Below, piece by piece: positions 28,955 through 37,916 of a stretch of 64,000 bases of DNA. Origin of the DNA: a bacterium (GTDB lineage Bacteria; Margulisbacteria; Marinamargulisbacteria; SXXA01); NCBI GenBank assembly GCA_947465765.1, contig CANIAP010000001.1:9349-73348 (forward strand), written 5' to 3'. The stretch's first letter is position 1; every line of letters starts with the position of its first letter. Under the pieces are notes generated by a model, which saw only the letters and a program-made list of their open reading frames with translations, did no database searches and was not told where the DNA came from. A program made the position numbers and the translations under genes.

Positions 28955-30364
28955 ATGGAATTGCGGGGAAAAGCATTTCGAAAAATACTAATCCAACGGG
29001 CGGATCGTTTGGGCGATGTGATCTTTACGTTGCCTGTCCTCAAATGGATCCGGATCCAATACCCTGGTGCTGAAATTCATTATTTGGCTTCCCCAAATCC
29101 GGCGGAATTTTTAGCGACACAGTCGCTAGTCGATCAGGTTCATAGTGTGAATTCTGATATGGGGTGGATGGATGTTTTAACGCTTGCACGGTCGTTGCGA
29201 CGGCAGTCATTCGACTTATATATATCATTATGGAACGACCCGAAGATGGCTTCGTTGGGGTGGTTGGCAAATATTCCGGTTCGAATCGGTGATTCAACCA
29301 ATCAAAGCATCGGATGGGTGTATACCCATACCGTTCGGCAACGGTGGGAATGCGTAGCGACCCATCAAATTGAATTTAATATGCAATTACTGATGCCGTT
29401 GGGGTGGCGCGCTAAGGCGGGATGGTCCTGGCATATGGACGTGGATTCGACAGCGTTGCGTATTGTTGAGGAATTGGTGACCGATGCGAATGAATCAGCG
29501 ATGTCGGTGGTCACTTTCTTTTGTGGGACGGGGGGCTCGAATGTACCCATTCCGGATTCGGTGATTATTGCGGCAGTGGAACAATTGTCGGAGGATGCGT
29601 GCGTGGTTCTTTTGGGACAGGTGGAGGCGGGTTCTCCCCTGCGGTCGTTGACGATTACCGGGGGGATTAATCGGCTGAATCAAACGACAGTTTCTGAACT
29701 AGTGGCGTGGATTTCAGTGTCTGATGTGGTGATTGGCGCAGATACCGGGCCCATCCATATTGCGGCGGCGTTAGGACGATCGATTGTCTTTTGTCCGGTT
29801 CGAAAATCTAACTTGCCGACTCGATTTGGTCCGTGGACTCCCCATGTCGAGATCCTTCGTCGGGACTATTTGTGCCGGACGGTGCCGCCGCATGTCTGTT
29901 TGGACCCAGACTGCGAAGCACTCCCTCGGGCGAGCGATATTGTTGGGGCGGTCGAACGGTTATTGGATGGGCATGATCCCATGGGGTATCGCATGTTAAA
30001 GACGTTGTTTTTAAAGGAATCGATTCGTATTTTGGTGATTGTAAAATCGCCAGTCCATCGTCATGCCATGATGCGTTTGGCTAAGCGGTGGCGATCCACT
30101 GGCCTTGTCATTATCCCTGTCCTTCAGCCGCATGTGTCCGTGTTCGACACGGTTCAACTCTGTTTGCGATATAACACATTAGTGGTCGTGTGTGCCGATA
30201 TGCCGAGGTGGAAGATAGGGGCCGTCCGCCTTGTCATTGGGATCGGATATCAATATCTGCCTCCTGTTGTAGCGCGCATTGCATTATCGGTGAATGAAGA
30301 CGAAACGGTGTTTTTGGGGTGGGTTGAAGACTGGCTAATGGCCGGTAGCGGAGTAGCGGTATGA
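28955..30364 (+). CDS. Glycosyltransferase family 9 (heptosyltransferase-like) with C-terminal extension
   Basis: ILIQRADRLGDVI and DTGPIHIAAALG. Confidence 0.88.
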   Translation: MELRGKAFRKILIQRADRLGDVIFTLPVLKWIRIQYPGAEIHYLASPNPAEFLATQSLVDQVHSVNSDMGWMDVLTLARSLRRQSFDLYISLWNDPKMASLGWLANIPVRIGDSTNQSIGWVYTHTVRQRWECVATHQIEFNMQLLMPLGWRAKAGWSWHMDVDSTALRIVEELVTDANESAMSVVTFFCGTGGSNVPIPDSVIIAAVEQLSEDACVVLLGQVEAGSPLRSLTITGGINRLNQTTVSELVAWISVSDVVIGADTGPIHIAAALGRSIVFCPVRKSNLPTRFGPWTPHVEILRRDYLCRTVPPHVCLDPDCEALPRASDIVGAVERLLDGHDPMGYRMLKTLFLKESIRILVIVKSPVHRHAMMRLAKRWRSTGLVIIPVLQPHVSVFDTVQLCLRYNTLVVVCADMPRWKIGAVRLVIGIGYQYLPPVVARIALSVNEDETVFLGWVEDWLMAGSGVAV

Positions 30365-31833
30365 GAATATTATTAGTTCGGCCGGATGCAATAGGGGACG
30401 TCGTATTAATGGTTCCCCTTCTCAATACCATTCGACAGGCGTATCCAGATGCCGAGATTTATACACTCCAGCAACCGTATACGATCCCGTTACTTCAAGA
30501 TCATCCGTCGGTAACGGCTATTATTCCGGATTGGAGAAAAATTCGACGGTCGCGGGGTATCAAGGGGTTTTTGGCCTATTCTCGGTATTTACGATCGTTT
30601 GGATTTGATATGGCGTTTTTTCCGTACCTGGAGCCGTACTATGTGTTTTTGGCGATTGCCGCAGGGATCTCGACGAGAGTCGGGGATCGAAATAAGATTT
30701 TTCTAAGACCCTTTCTGACCCATTCGGTTCCTTTGAATTTTCGGAATTTGGTTTTGCATGAATCTCAACAGTCGGCCCATTTGGTTTGGGGAGTTAAGCC
30801 GGAGGCGATGTTGGATTTGACGATGAATTTGAGTGTGTCGGATACGGACCGGGAATTGGCCATGGTCGCGTTGACGGAGGCTGGCGGAGACCCTGCATTG
30901 CCGTATATCGTCATTCATCCGCGATCGGGGGGGGGGAACCGTCCGTGGCTTCCGGCTAAATACGCGGCACTGATTGATCATTTAATGGACCGGTCGGAGT
31001 ATCAGATTGTATTGACGGGATCGGGGCCAAAAGAAATTCAAGTGATTTCGGATATTCGGAATTTTACACGTCATTCTTTTGTCGATATTTCAGGAAAAAC
31101 GCCGCTAAGGGTGTTGATGGGATTAATTTCTCAGGCGACGGTTGTCATTGGGACAGATACCGGTCCGACTCACATTGCGGCTGCGTTGGGGGTTCCGGTT
31201 GTCAGCGTGTCGCCCACAAAATTTGTGAAGGCGTTGCGGTGGGGTCCATGGCGAACGCCCAACCGAGTGGTGAGCGAGTCTCAAGCCTGCGCATTAGTGT
31301 GTCGTCCGTATAAGTGTAAGAAAAATATTTGTTTAGATGCCATTGATAGCTATCGGGTGAGTGACGCGGTCCTCAGTGTTGCCCTTGAAGCGCCGGGGGG
31401 CGTTAATTCAATTCCGACCAAGCATCGGTGGATACAGACCGGTATGCATACCATGGTGTATTGGGCGGGACGAGAGTCCCAACTCCAAGTCGTGGTGGAT
31501 CAATATAATGCGCTTAAGCGCAACGGGTTTGTGGTGCACCTAGGGACAAGATCTTGGCGCTTTAGGCGATCGTTAGCGGCGGCATTAGGAATCGAATCCG
31601 ATGGGATTGCCGTTATGCCTCCGTTTGATTGGGTGGGGATGGTGTGGGCGTTGATGACCCACGATATTACGGTGGTTTTTGTGGTGGGGCCGGTGGTCGG
31701 ATGGTACTGGTTTTGGGTCCGTCAAATTTGCGCCTTGCGACAATACTGTCCGCCGGTAGCATTGGGAATTTCAACCCCGTCGGGGTCGATGGACGAGATC
31801 GTTTTGCAGATTACCGCAGGGGTATATCCTTAG
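30361..31833 (+). CDS. Glycosyltransferase family 9 (heptosyltransferase-like) with C-terminal extension
   Basis: ILLVRPDAIGDVV, IHPRSGG..RPW, DTGPTHIAAALG and C..C....C....CL. Confidence 0.9.
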   Translation: MRILLVRPDAIGDVVLMVPLLNTIRQAYPDAEIYTLQQPYTIPLLQDHPSVTAIIPDWRKIRRSRGIKGFLAYSRYLRSFGFDMAFFPYLEPYYVFLAIAAGISTRVGDRNKIFLRPFLTHSVPLNFRNLVLHESQQSAHLVWGVKPEAMLDLTMNLSVSDTDRELAMVALTEAGGDPALPYIVIHPRSGGGNRPWLPAKYAALIDHLMDRSEYQIVLTGSGPKEIQVISDIRNFTRHSFVDISGKTPLRVLMGLISQATVVIGTDTGPTHIAAALGVPVVSVSPTKFVKALRWGPWRTPNRVVSESQACALVCRPYKCKKNICLDAIDSYRVSDAVLSVALEAPGGVNSIPTKHRWIQTGMHTMVYWAGRESQLQVVVDQYNALKRNGFVVHLGTRSWRFRRSLAAALGIESDGIAVMPPFDWVGMVWALMTHDITVVFVVGPVVGWYWFWVRQICALRQYCPPVALGISTPSGSMDEIVLQITAGVYP

Positions 31834-32726
31834 GCGCCTAAAAGTCCTGACAGGTAATAATATTCTTTCAGAAACCAGGTCCCAAACCGACGCGTCCATC
31901 CGGGGGTGCCTTCGTGCCATCGTGTCATTGCTCGAATAATCCAACCGGTTGGCGATGTGGTCCGATAGACCCAGACTGACAGGGGATTTAATCCTAAAAA
32001 CCATTTCAGTTCAGGGTGTTTTCGAAGCATTATTTGAGCCGATTCTCCCTTTTTGATATTTCGTTTGATCTCATCGTTTTCGGAGACAACGTGATAATGG
32101 TAATTGATAGCGGATTTAAGGTATCGGAGAGGAACCTTTTTTTGTTGGAGTCGATACCCTAATTCAAGGTCTTCCCACCCATATCCCAAAAATTCTATGT
32201 CAAACCCGTTTTCCTCGGTAAACAGTGATTTAGGAAACGAGAGATTGCCGGTGAGAAAATAATACCAACCGAGTGAAGCGCCATCGGCCAATGACCGGGT
32301 GATGTAGGGGAATACCTTGGCGGGCTGGGGGGGCCAATGTAATTCGGTCATATTTAAGGTCGCCCCTTCAAAACAGGTGGGGGTGGACGCCGATTGATGT
32401 GCCTTAATATGGGTCGCGATGAAGTCGGGCCCTGGGATCATGTCGGCGTCGGTGATAATGATGATGTCGGAATTTGATTCGGCGACGCCACGGTTTCTTG
32501 CCCCTGATTTCCCTTGGTTTTCCTGAATAATTCCATGGAATTGGAATAGAGCGTCGAATTGAGAAAAGAGTGTTGCGGTTCCATCGGTGGACCCCGAATC
32601 AACGACAATGACTTCGAATAGTTCAAGTGGGCAGGTTTGTTGGTTGTACCCGTCAAGGACTCGTTCTAAAACGGGGGCTTGGTTAAACGTGCCGATTACA
32701 ACACTGATTTGAATTGGCGGTGTCAT
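31830..32726 (-). CDS. Glycosyltransferase family 2
   Basis: SVVIGTFN, VVDSGSTD, ARNRG, TDAD and YGWEDLELGYRL. Start placed at ATG 32726. Confidence 0.9.
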   Translation of the reverse strand: MTPPIQISVVIGTFNQAPVLERVLDGYNQQTCPLELFEVIVVDSGSTDGTATLFSQFDALFQFHGIIQENQGKSGARNRGVAESNSDIIIITDADMIPGPDFIATHIKAHQSASTPTCFEGATLNMTELHWPPQPAKVFPYITRSLADGASLGWYYFLTGNLSFPKSLFTEENGFDIEFLGYGWEDLELGYRLQQKKVPLRYLKSAINYHYHVVSENDEIKRNIKKGESAQIMLRKHPELKWFLGLNPLSVWVYRTTSPTGWIIRAMTRWHEGTPGWTRRFGTWFLKEYYYLSGLLGA

Positions 32727-32786
32727 AGGGGGCGCACTATAACATTGTTGTTGCGACGGGGTCACACCCTTCGGTATCATGGGGAA

Positions 32787-35033
32787 ATGACATTATCTCA
32801 AGCTGATTTTTCTTCTATTTTTACGCTCCTAAATCGCGAACCTACACCCGTAGAGACCCATATTTTTGATGCCATGTGGTCAGAACATTGTTCTTATAAA
32901 AGTAGTAAATCTGTCCTTAAGGCGCATCTTCCTATTCAGGGATCAGAAGTGGCCTTGGGCATTGGAGAGGATTCTGGAATTATTCGGTTTGTTGTTCATG
33001 ACGGACGCCAATATTGTTTGGCGGTGTCCCATGAATCTCATAATCATCCGTCCCAAATTCTGCCGATTGAAGGCGCGGCGACAGGCGTCGGCGGGGTGGT
33101 ACGGGATGTGTATTGTATGGGGGCGGATGTCATTGGCGTCCTGAACTCATTGCATTTTGGATTGAGTGACGATCCTCAATCGGTGGTGCACACCATCGCT
33201 AAAAACGTCATCATCGGGGTGTCCGACTATGCGAATCCGTTAGGGGTCCCGGTGCTGGGTGGAGAGACGGTGTATCACCCATCGTATAACGATAATTGTT
33301 TAGTGAACGTTGCGGCGATTGGCCTGATTGATGAGGCCGATATTATTCACAGCTATGTTCCAGTTGAAGCCAAAACGGAGCCCTACGATGTCATTCTGTT
33401 TGGTAAAAGTACGGATGCGACAGGGTTTGGCGGTGCCAGTTTTTCGTCATCGACTCTTGATAAAGAAAATGACATTAAAAACGTTGGAGCGGTTCAGGTT
33501 CATGATCCGTTTTTAAAACGGGTACTTGTTGAGGCAATTAAACAGTTGTTGCAGGTGGTAAAGGCTAAAAAAATTCCGATTGGCTTTAAAGACTTAGGGG
33601 CGGGCGGTATCTGTTGTGCGACCTCAGAAATTGCCGTGGCTGGGGGAATGGGGGTTGAAATTGACCTGGATCTCGTGAATGTTGCGATTCCAGATCTTAA
33701 ACCGGAAGTGATTGCCTGTTCAGAGACGCAGGAACGCTTTTGCCTGGTGGTCCCACGAACTTTTTCCCAAGAAGTGCTCGATATATTTAATAAACAGTTT
33801 GCTTTGCCTGAGATTTATCCTGCGTCAGGCGCCGTGGTTATTGGACATGTCATCCCGGAAGGGCGATTTATTGTTCGACATAAAGGCCAGCTCGTTGCAG
33901 ATTTGCCGGTGGCGGCGATAACGACCGAAGTGAAAGCTGAACGTCACGCTCAATCAAGGCCGATTGCACGGAACGCCCAGCACTCTGTAACGTTGAGCTC
34001 GGATGGCCATCGGGCGATTGCGCTTAAGTTAATGGGGCTGCCGAATATGCGATCAAAGCGGTATGTCTATCGGTTTTTTGATAATGCGGTTCGGGGGGAT
34101 ACGATCGTTTATCCTGGTGAGGCGGATTCCGTCCTTGTGACTCCGATTGAAGGCTGCGATGCGGCAGTCGCAGTCAGTATGGATTCTAATCTGTATGGGA
34201 AGTGTGACCCGTATGTGAGCGGCGCCTATGCCGTGGCAGAGGCGGTCCGCAATGTGATCGCGGTGGGGGCAAGGCCATTATGTGTGACCGATTGCTTGAA
34301 CTATGGAAATCCCGAAAATCCCAGTGCGTTTTTTGACTTTGTTGAAGGCGTGAAAGGGATTGGGGATGCCTCCCGTGCCTTTGGGTTTATTGATGGCGAA
34401 GCGTTACCTGTGATTTCGGGTAACGTGAGTTTATATAACGAATCTAAAACGGGCAGTGCGGTGATTTCGTCTCCAGTCATTGTGGTGATCGGCCGAGTGG
34501 ATAATTATCACCGCGCAGTCACCTTGCAATTGTCCGAACCCGGATTGCGATTGATTCGGGTAGGCTCTGCCTATTCCGAATTTGGAGGGACTCAAGTTCA
34601 AGAGATGGTGTCTGATCTTAATGCAGTTGCTCCTCAGGTGCGATTTGAGGATGAATCACGAGCCAATCGTGCGGTGTTGGCAGCGATCAATGACGGGCTT
34701 GTGTCTGCGGCTCATGACATTTCGGGCGGCGGCGCGCTCGGGGCGGTTCTTGAAATGTGCTTGGGGCAATTGGGCGACTCGCGGGTCGGTATCGAATTGA
34801 CGATTTCAGGGGATCCTCTGACGGCGTTATATTCGGAAAATGGGGGCTATGTCATCGCGGTTCGTCCCGACAATCTACTGGCGTTTGAGTCACTCATGGC
34901 GGCTCAAGGGCAATTAATAGAAGACATCGGACAGACAGTTGCGGCATTGTCGGCGACGGTAGGCTGTGGGCCCGTTCGGTTTTCAATACCGTTAACGGAT
35001 GTTAAATCCCAGTGGAGGCCAGAGATTCAATGA
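32787..35033 (+). CDS. purL: Phosphoribosylformylglycinamidine synthase subunit PurL
   Basis: AMWSEHCSYKSS, ESHNHPS...GAATGVGG, DLGAGG, SETQER, DCLNYGNP and SGNVSLYN. Start placed at ATG 32787. Confidence 0.96.
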   Translation: MTLSQADFSSIFTLLNREPTPVETHIFDAMWSEHCSYKSSKSVLKAHLPIQGSEVALGIGEDSGIIRFVVHDGRQYCLAVSHESHNHPSQILPIEGAATGVGGVVRDVYCMGADVIGVLNSLHFGLSDDPQSVVHTIAKNVIIGVSDYANPLGVPVLGGETVYHPSYNDNCLVNVAAIGLIDEADIIHSYVPVEAKTEPYDVILFGKSTDATGFGGASFSSSTLDKENDIKNVGAVQVHDPFLKRVLVEAIKQLLQVVKAKKIPIGFKDLGAGGICCATSEIAVAGGMGVEIDLDLVNVAIPDLKPEVIACSETQERFCLVVPRTFSQEVLDIFNKQFALPEIYPASGAVVIGHVIPEGRFIVRHKGQLVADLPVAAITTEVKAERHAQSRPIARNAQHSVTLSSDGHRAIALKLMGLPNMRSKRYVYRFFDNAVRGDTIVYPGEADSVLVTPIEGCDAAVAVSMDSNLYGKCDPYVSGAYAVAEAVRNVIAVGARPLCVTDCLNYGNPENPSAFFDFVEGVKGIGDASRAFGFIDGEALPVISGNVSLYNESKTGSAVISSPVIVVIGRVDNYHRAVTLQLSEPGLRLIRVGSAYSEFGGTQVQEMVSDLNAVAPQVRFEDESRANRAVLAAINDGLVSAAHDISGGGALGAVLEMCLGQLGDSRVGIELTISGDPLTALYSENGGYVIAVRPDNLLAFESLMAAQGQLIEDIGQTVAALSATVGCGPVRFSIPLTDVKSQWRPEIQ

Positions 35034-35977
35034 AGCGTGCACTTATTATAGGGGTGATTCTTGGCGTTTTAGGGTTCGGGACGGGCCGTATATGGTGTGA
35101 GACAGTGGATTCTTCACATCGGACGGTGGCTCGTGAGGATTTTGAATCTAAATATAGAGATGGCATGCAGATGGAACAGTTGCGGCTCTTCCCTCAGGCA
35201 AAAGGAATCTATGTCGATATCGGTCGCCAATTTATTCGGATGTCGGAGACGGGTCGTTCAAAAGAGGCGCTACTGACTCAATTGCCGGTGGTATTGAGTG
35301 CCGTGTATCGGATGGGAATCGTGACGGCCCGCGATAACTACTACAACGTACATCCATTGGTTTACCAATTGGATTCCTTTCAGGATACCCAAACCGTGAT
35401 TGATCAGGTTCTCACTATTATGGGCGATCTTCGGCGGCAGGGGTTGGTCGGGAGATCGCTTTATGAAAGTTTGTATTTTTCAAGGGCGTTTAATCGGGTT
35501 GCATGGGCGAATAAATTGTTAATTGGGACGGCTTGGAAAAATTATGTTATTTGTCCGCCGACGGATGTGATCGGAATGATGTCGATGGCCATGTTGGATT
35601 TGGACCAATTGCTAGTACTTCAGGATCTCCCCCCGAGTTTGAAAGCAATGGCGATTCCTACCAAGGATAAAGATCCTGCTCAAATGATCAACGATAGGTA
35701 CGCGGATAAGTTTAAACAGCTGCCGAAGGATTCTCTAGAAATGAAAATGTATCGATTTATGAATTTTGAGGAGGATCCAGCTAATTTAGCTCGATTAACC
35801 TCAAAGAGGACGCTCAATCAGGTCTATGGAGTACTTGAGTATTACAATATGCCCGAAACACAGCAAATGATTGCATTGGGCAAAACAAATTACACTTTAG
35901 AACGGATCTTATCCAAGGATAATCAGCCGTTTTTTAAGGTATATGAACAATTAGTCACAATGATCGGGATTTATTAG
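35030..35977 (+). CDS. Hypothetical exported protein
   Basis: ATGA overlap with the purL stop and a signal-peptide-like start, MKRALIIGVILGVLGFG. No family recognised. Confidence 0.7.
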   Translation: MKRALIIGVILGVLGFGTGRIWCETVDSSHRTVAREDFESKYRDGMQMEQLRLFPQAKGIYVDIGRQFIRMSETGRSKEALLTQLPVVLSAVYRMGIVTARDNYYNVHPLVYQLDSFQDTQTVIDQVLTIMGDLRRQGLVGRSLYESLYFSRAFNRVAWANKLLIGTAWKNYVICPPTDVIGMMSMAMLDLDQLLVLQDLPPSLKAMAIPTKDKDPAQMINDRYADKFKQLPKDSLEMKMYRFMNFEEDPANLARLTSKRTLNQVYGVLEYYNMPETQQMIALGKTNYTLERILSKDNQPFFKVYEQLVTMIGIY

Positions 35978-35996
35978 GTCGGCAGAGCTGGTTTGG

Positions 35997-36644
35997 CTAT
36001 GCCGATGTGGCGTTGACGCTACACAGACACTGATTAACAAATAGCTGTAGTTTTTCTGACGAATTAATGAGCGACGACGGAATGGCCGTTTCAGACGGAA
36101 TTTGAAGGGTTTTAATTTGCGGGAAGTGCCGATAGATATCTTTCATAAATACCGAGTACCCATTGCTTATGGCGGTAAGGGCTGAGTCGCGTAGGTCAGC
36201 GTGGGCCACTTCTTGAACAACGGGGACGAGATGGCCCGTTTCCAATGGGTGGATCAGTAGATGCTCCATTTTTTTCCTGAAGCGAGAGAGTGCAAGCGAC
36301 TGCTCAATAATGGCGTCGAGTGTGGTGATGTCCTGTACATATTCGCTGGCACCAGCGTCAATACATAATTGTCTCTCGTTCGGGGTATTTTGCTCAGACA
36401 CTACAATGAAATCGGGCAATGTGCTGATCTCAATAAATGAATGGAGCTGTTCATGTGTGTATTTTGCTTTTTGATTTAGACAATAAATAACCACTCGGAT
36501 GCGATAGCTTAATGATCGAAATTCGGGCATCAAGTCCGACGGGCTCTCAAACTCGATGATGTCATAAGTCGTTCCCAAAATACCGGCGATAATCGCACGT
36601 TCCTTAGGGTCTGTATTCAATAATGCAATCAATGGTCGGCCCAT
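35997..36644 (-). CDS. Atypical (pseudo)receiver domain protein
   Basis: REC-like pattern (IALLNTD...VVIYC...FIVVS...CIDAGASEYV) lacking the phospho-acceptor Asp and the conserved Lys. Confidence 0.55.
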   Translation of the reverse strand: MGRPLIALLNTDPKERAIIAGILGTTYDIIEFESPSDLMPEFRSLSYRIRVVIYCLNQKAKYTHEQLHSFIEISTLPDFIVVSEQNTPNERQLCIDAGASEYVQDITTLDAIIEQSLALSRFRKKMEHLLIHPLETGHLVPVVQEVAHADLRDSALTAISNGYSVFMKDIYRHFPQIKTLQIPSETAIPSSLINSSEKLQLFVNQCLCSVNATSA

Positions 36645-36879
36645 GATGCCCCACCTTTTCCCTTTTTTAAAACCTTAAAGACCAGTTTCAAGGATTAAGT
36701 GTAACAGCATAGGCCTCAGTGGGCGATAAAAAGTTAAGATATTTTTCTTGGACGATGATTGAAGGTGGGTATATTAGACTATGCTCCCGCCGCGATTTGA
36801 AATCCGGGTTTAATTTTGGAACGGGTATACATTTTAAAACTTGGTCTAAACCTTAAAAGGCCGATATACTGATCCGGTT

Positions 36880-37755
36880 ATGGACAAAAAACTTGTACGA
36901 TTCGATTGGGCCATCAAGTATCTCTTACGCAACAAGGCCAACTTTGGCATCCTCGAAGGATTTCTCAGCGAGCTCCTCAAAACAGACGTCACCATCACAG
37001 CTCTCCTCGAAAGTGAATCCAACAAAGACGATCTCGACGACAAAACCAACCGTATCGATGTCTTCGCCGAACTCTCTGGCGGCGAAAAAGTCATCATCGA
37101 AGTTCAGTGTATCCGCCAGTGGGACTTCCTTAGCCGTATCCTGTACGGCGTCTCCAAGGTTGTCGTAGAGCATCTCAATCAAGGCGCTCCTTACGGAAAA
37201 ATACCCCGTATTATCAGCATTAGCGTCATCTATTTTGATCTCGGAAAAGGCGACGATTATATCTACCGTGGACGCACCGAGTTCAAAGGGATTCACCGCA
37301 AAGATCTGCTGCTTCTAGGAGAAAAAGAAAAACAAATGTATCCAGAGAGCATCCAAAGTGTTGCAGATATTTACCCTGATTATTATTTGCTCAAAGTCAA
37401 TCAATTCAAAGATCGGGTCAAAGACAAATTGGATGAATGGATGTACCTCTTCCAACATTCTGCGATTCAACACGATTTCAAAGCGAAAGGAATCTCAGAA
37501 GCCGGAAAAGTTCTCGATATTTTACGTCTCAATGAAGCGGAACGTCGCCGCTACGAACGCTATATTGACAACCTCCGTGACGAAAGAAGCCTCATCGAAA
37601 CACACTATGAATCGGGACATAAAAAAGGCATTGAAAAAGGCATTGAAAAAGGCATTGAAGAAGGCAAGCAGCTTATCGCTGCAGCCATGAAAGCCAAAGG
37701 GTTCCCACTTCGTGATATTGCTGACATTACGGGTCTGTCGATTACGGACATTTAA
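36880..37755 (+). CDS. Rpn family recombination-promoting nuclease / PD-(D/E)XK putative transposase
   Basis: RFDWAIK, RIDV...IIEVQ, SRILYG, C-terminal KGIE repeats, and IADITGLS. Confidence 0.9.
   Translation: MDKKLVRFDWAIKYLLRNKANFGILEGFLSELLKTDVTITALLESESNKDDLDDKTNRIDVFAELSGGEKVIIEVQCIRQWDFLSRILYGVSKVVVEHLNQGAPYGKIPRIISISVIYFDLGKGDDYIYRGRTEFKGIHRKDLLLLGEKEKQMYPESIQSVADIYPDYYLLKVNQFKDRVKDKLDEWMYLFQHSAIQHDFKAKGISEAGKVLDILRLNEAERRRYERYIDNLRDERSLIETHYESGHKKGIEKGIEKGIEEGKQLIAAAMKAKGFPLRDIADITGLSITDI
37624..37659 (+). repeat. 12-bp tandem repeat x3 (aaaggcattgaa) encoding KGIE
   Basis: Three perfect copies read directly from the sequence. Confidence 0.9.
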
Positions 37756-37916
37756 GGTGGGGCTCTCATTTGTCGGTGTCTAGTTTAGCTTAGGGTCTAA
37801 AAATCACTGTTTTTTGACGAAGTTGGGCTAACTTTTTGACCCTTTCGAAACACTTTTACAGACTATTGTTGTGTAACCTCCTTGGCGACCTGGGGCGCCA
37901 GAGATACTATGAAAAA

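Noticed and set aside
36835-36867. Sigma28 promoter (GCCGATAT) before rpn
   Set aside because: The nearby TAAA boxes are 9 and 21 nt away (another is closer still), not 15. The overlapping TATACT explains the site better.
37624-37659. Tandem repeat as a CRISPR-like array
   Set aside because: It is a 12-bp coding repeat without spacers, typical of Rpn C-termini. No cas genes are present.
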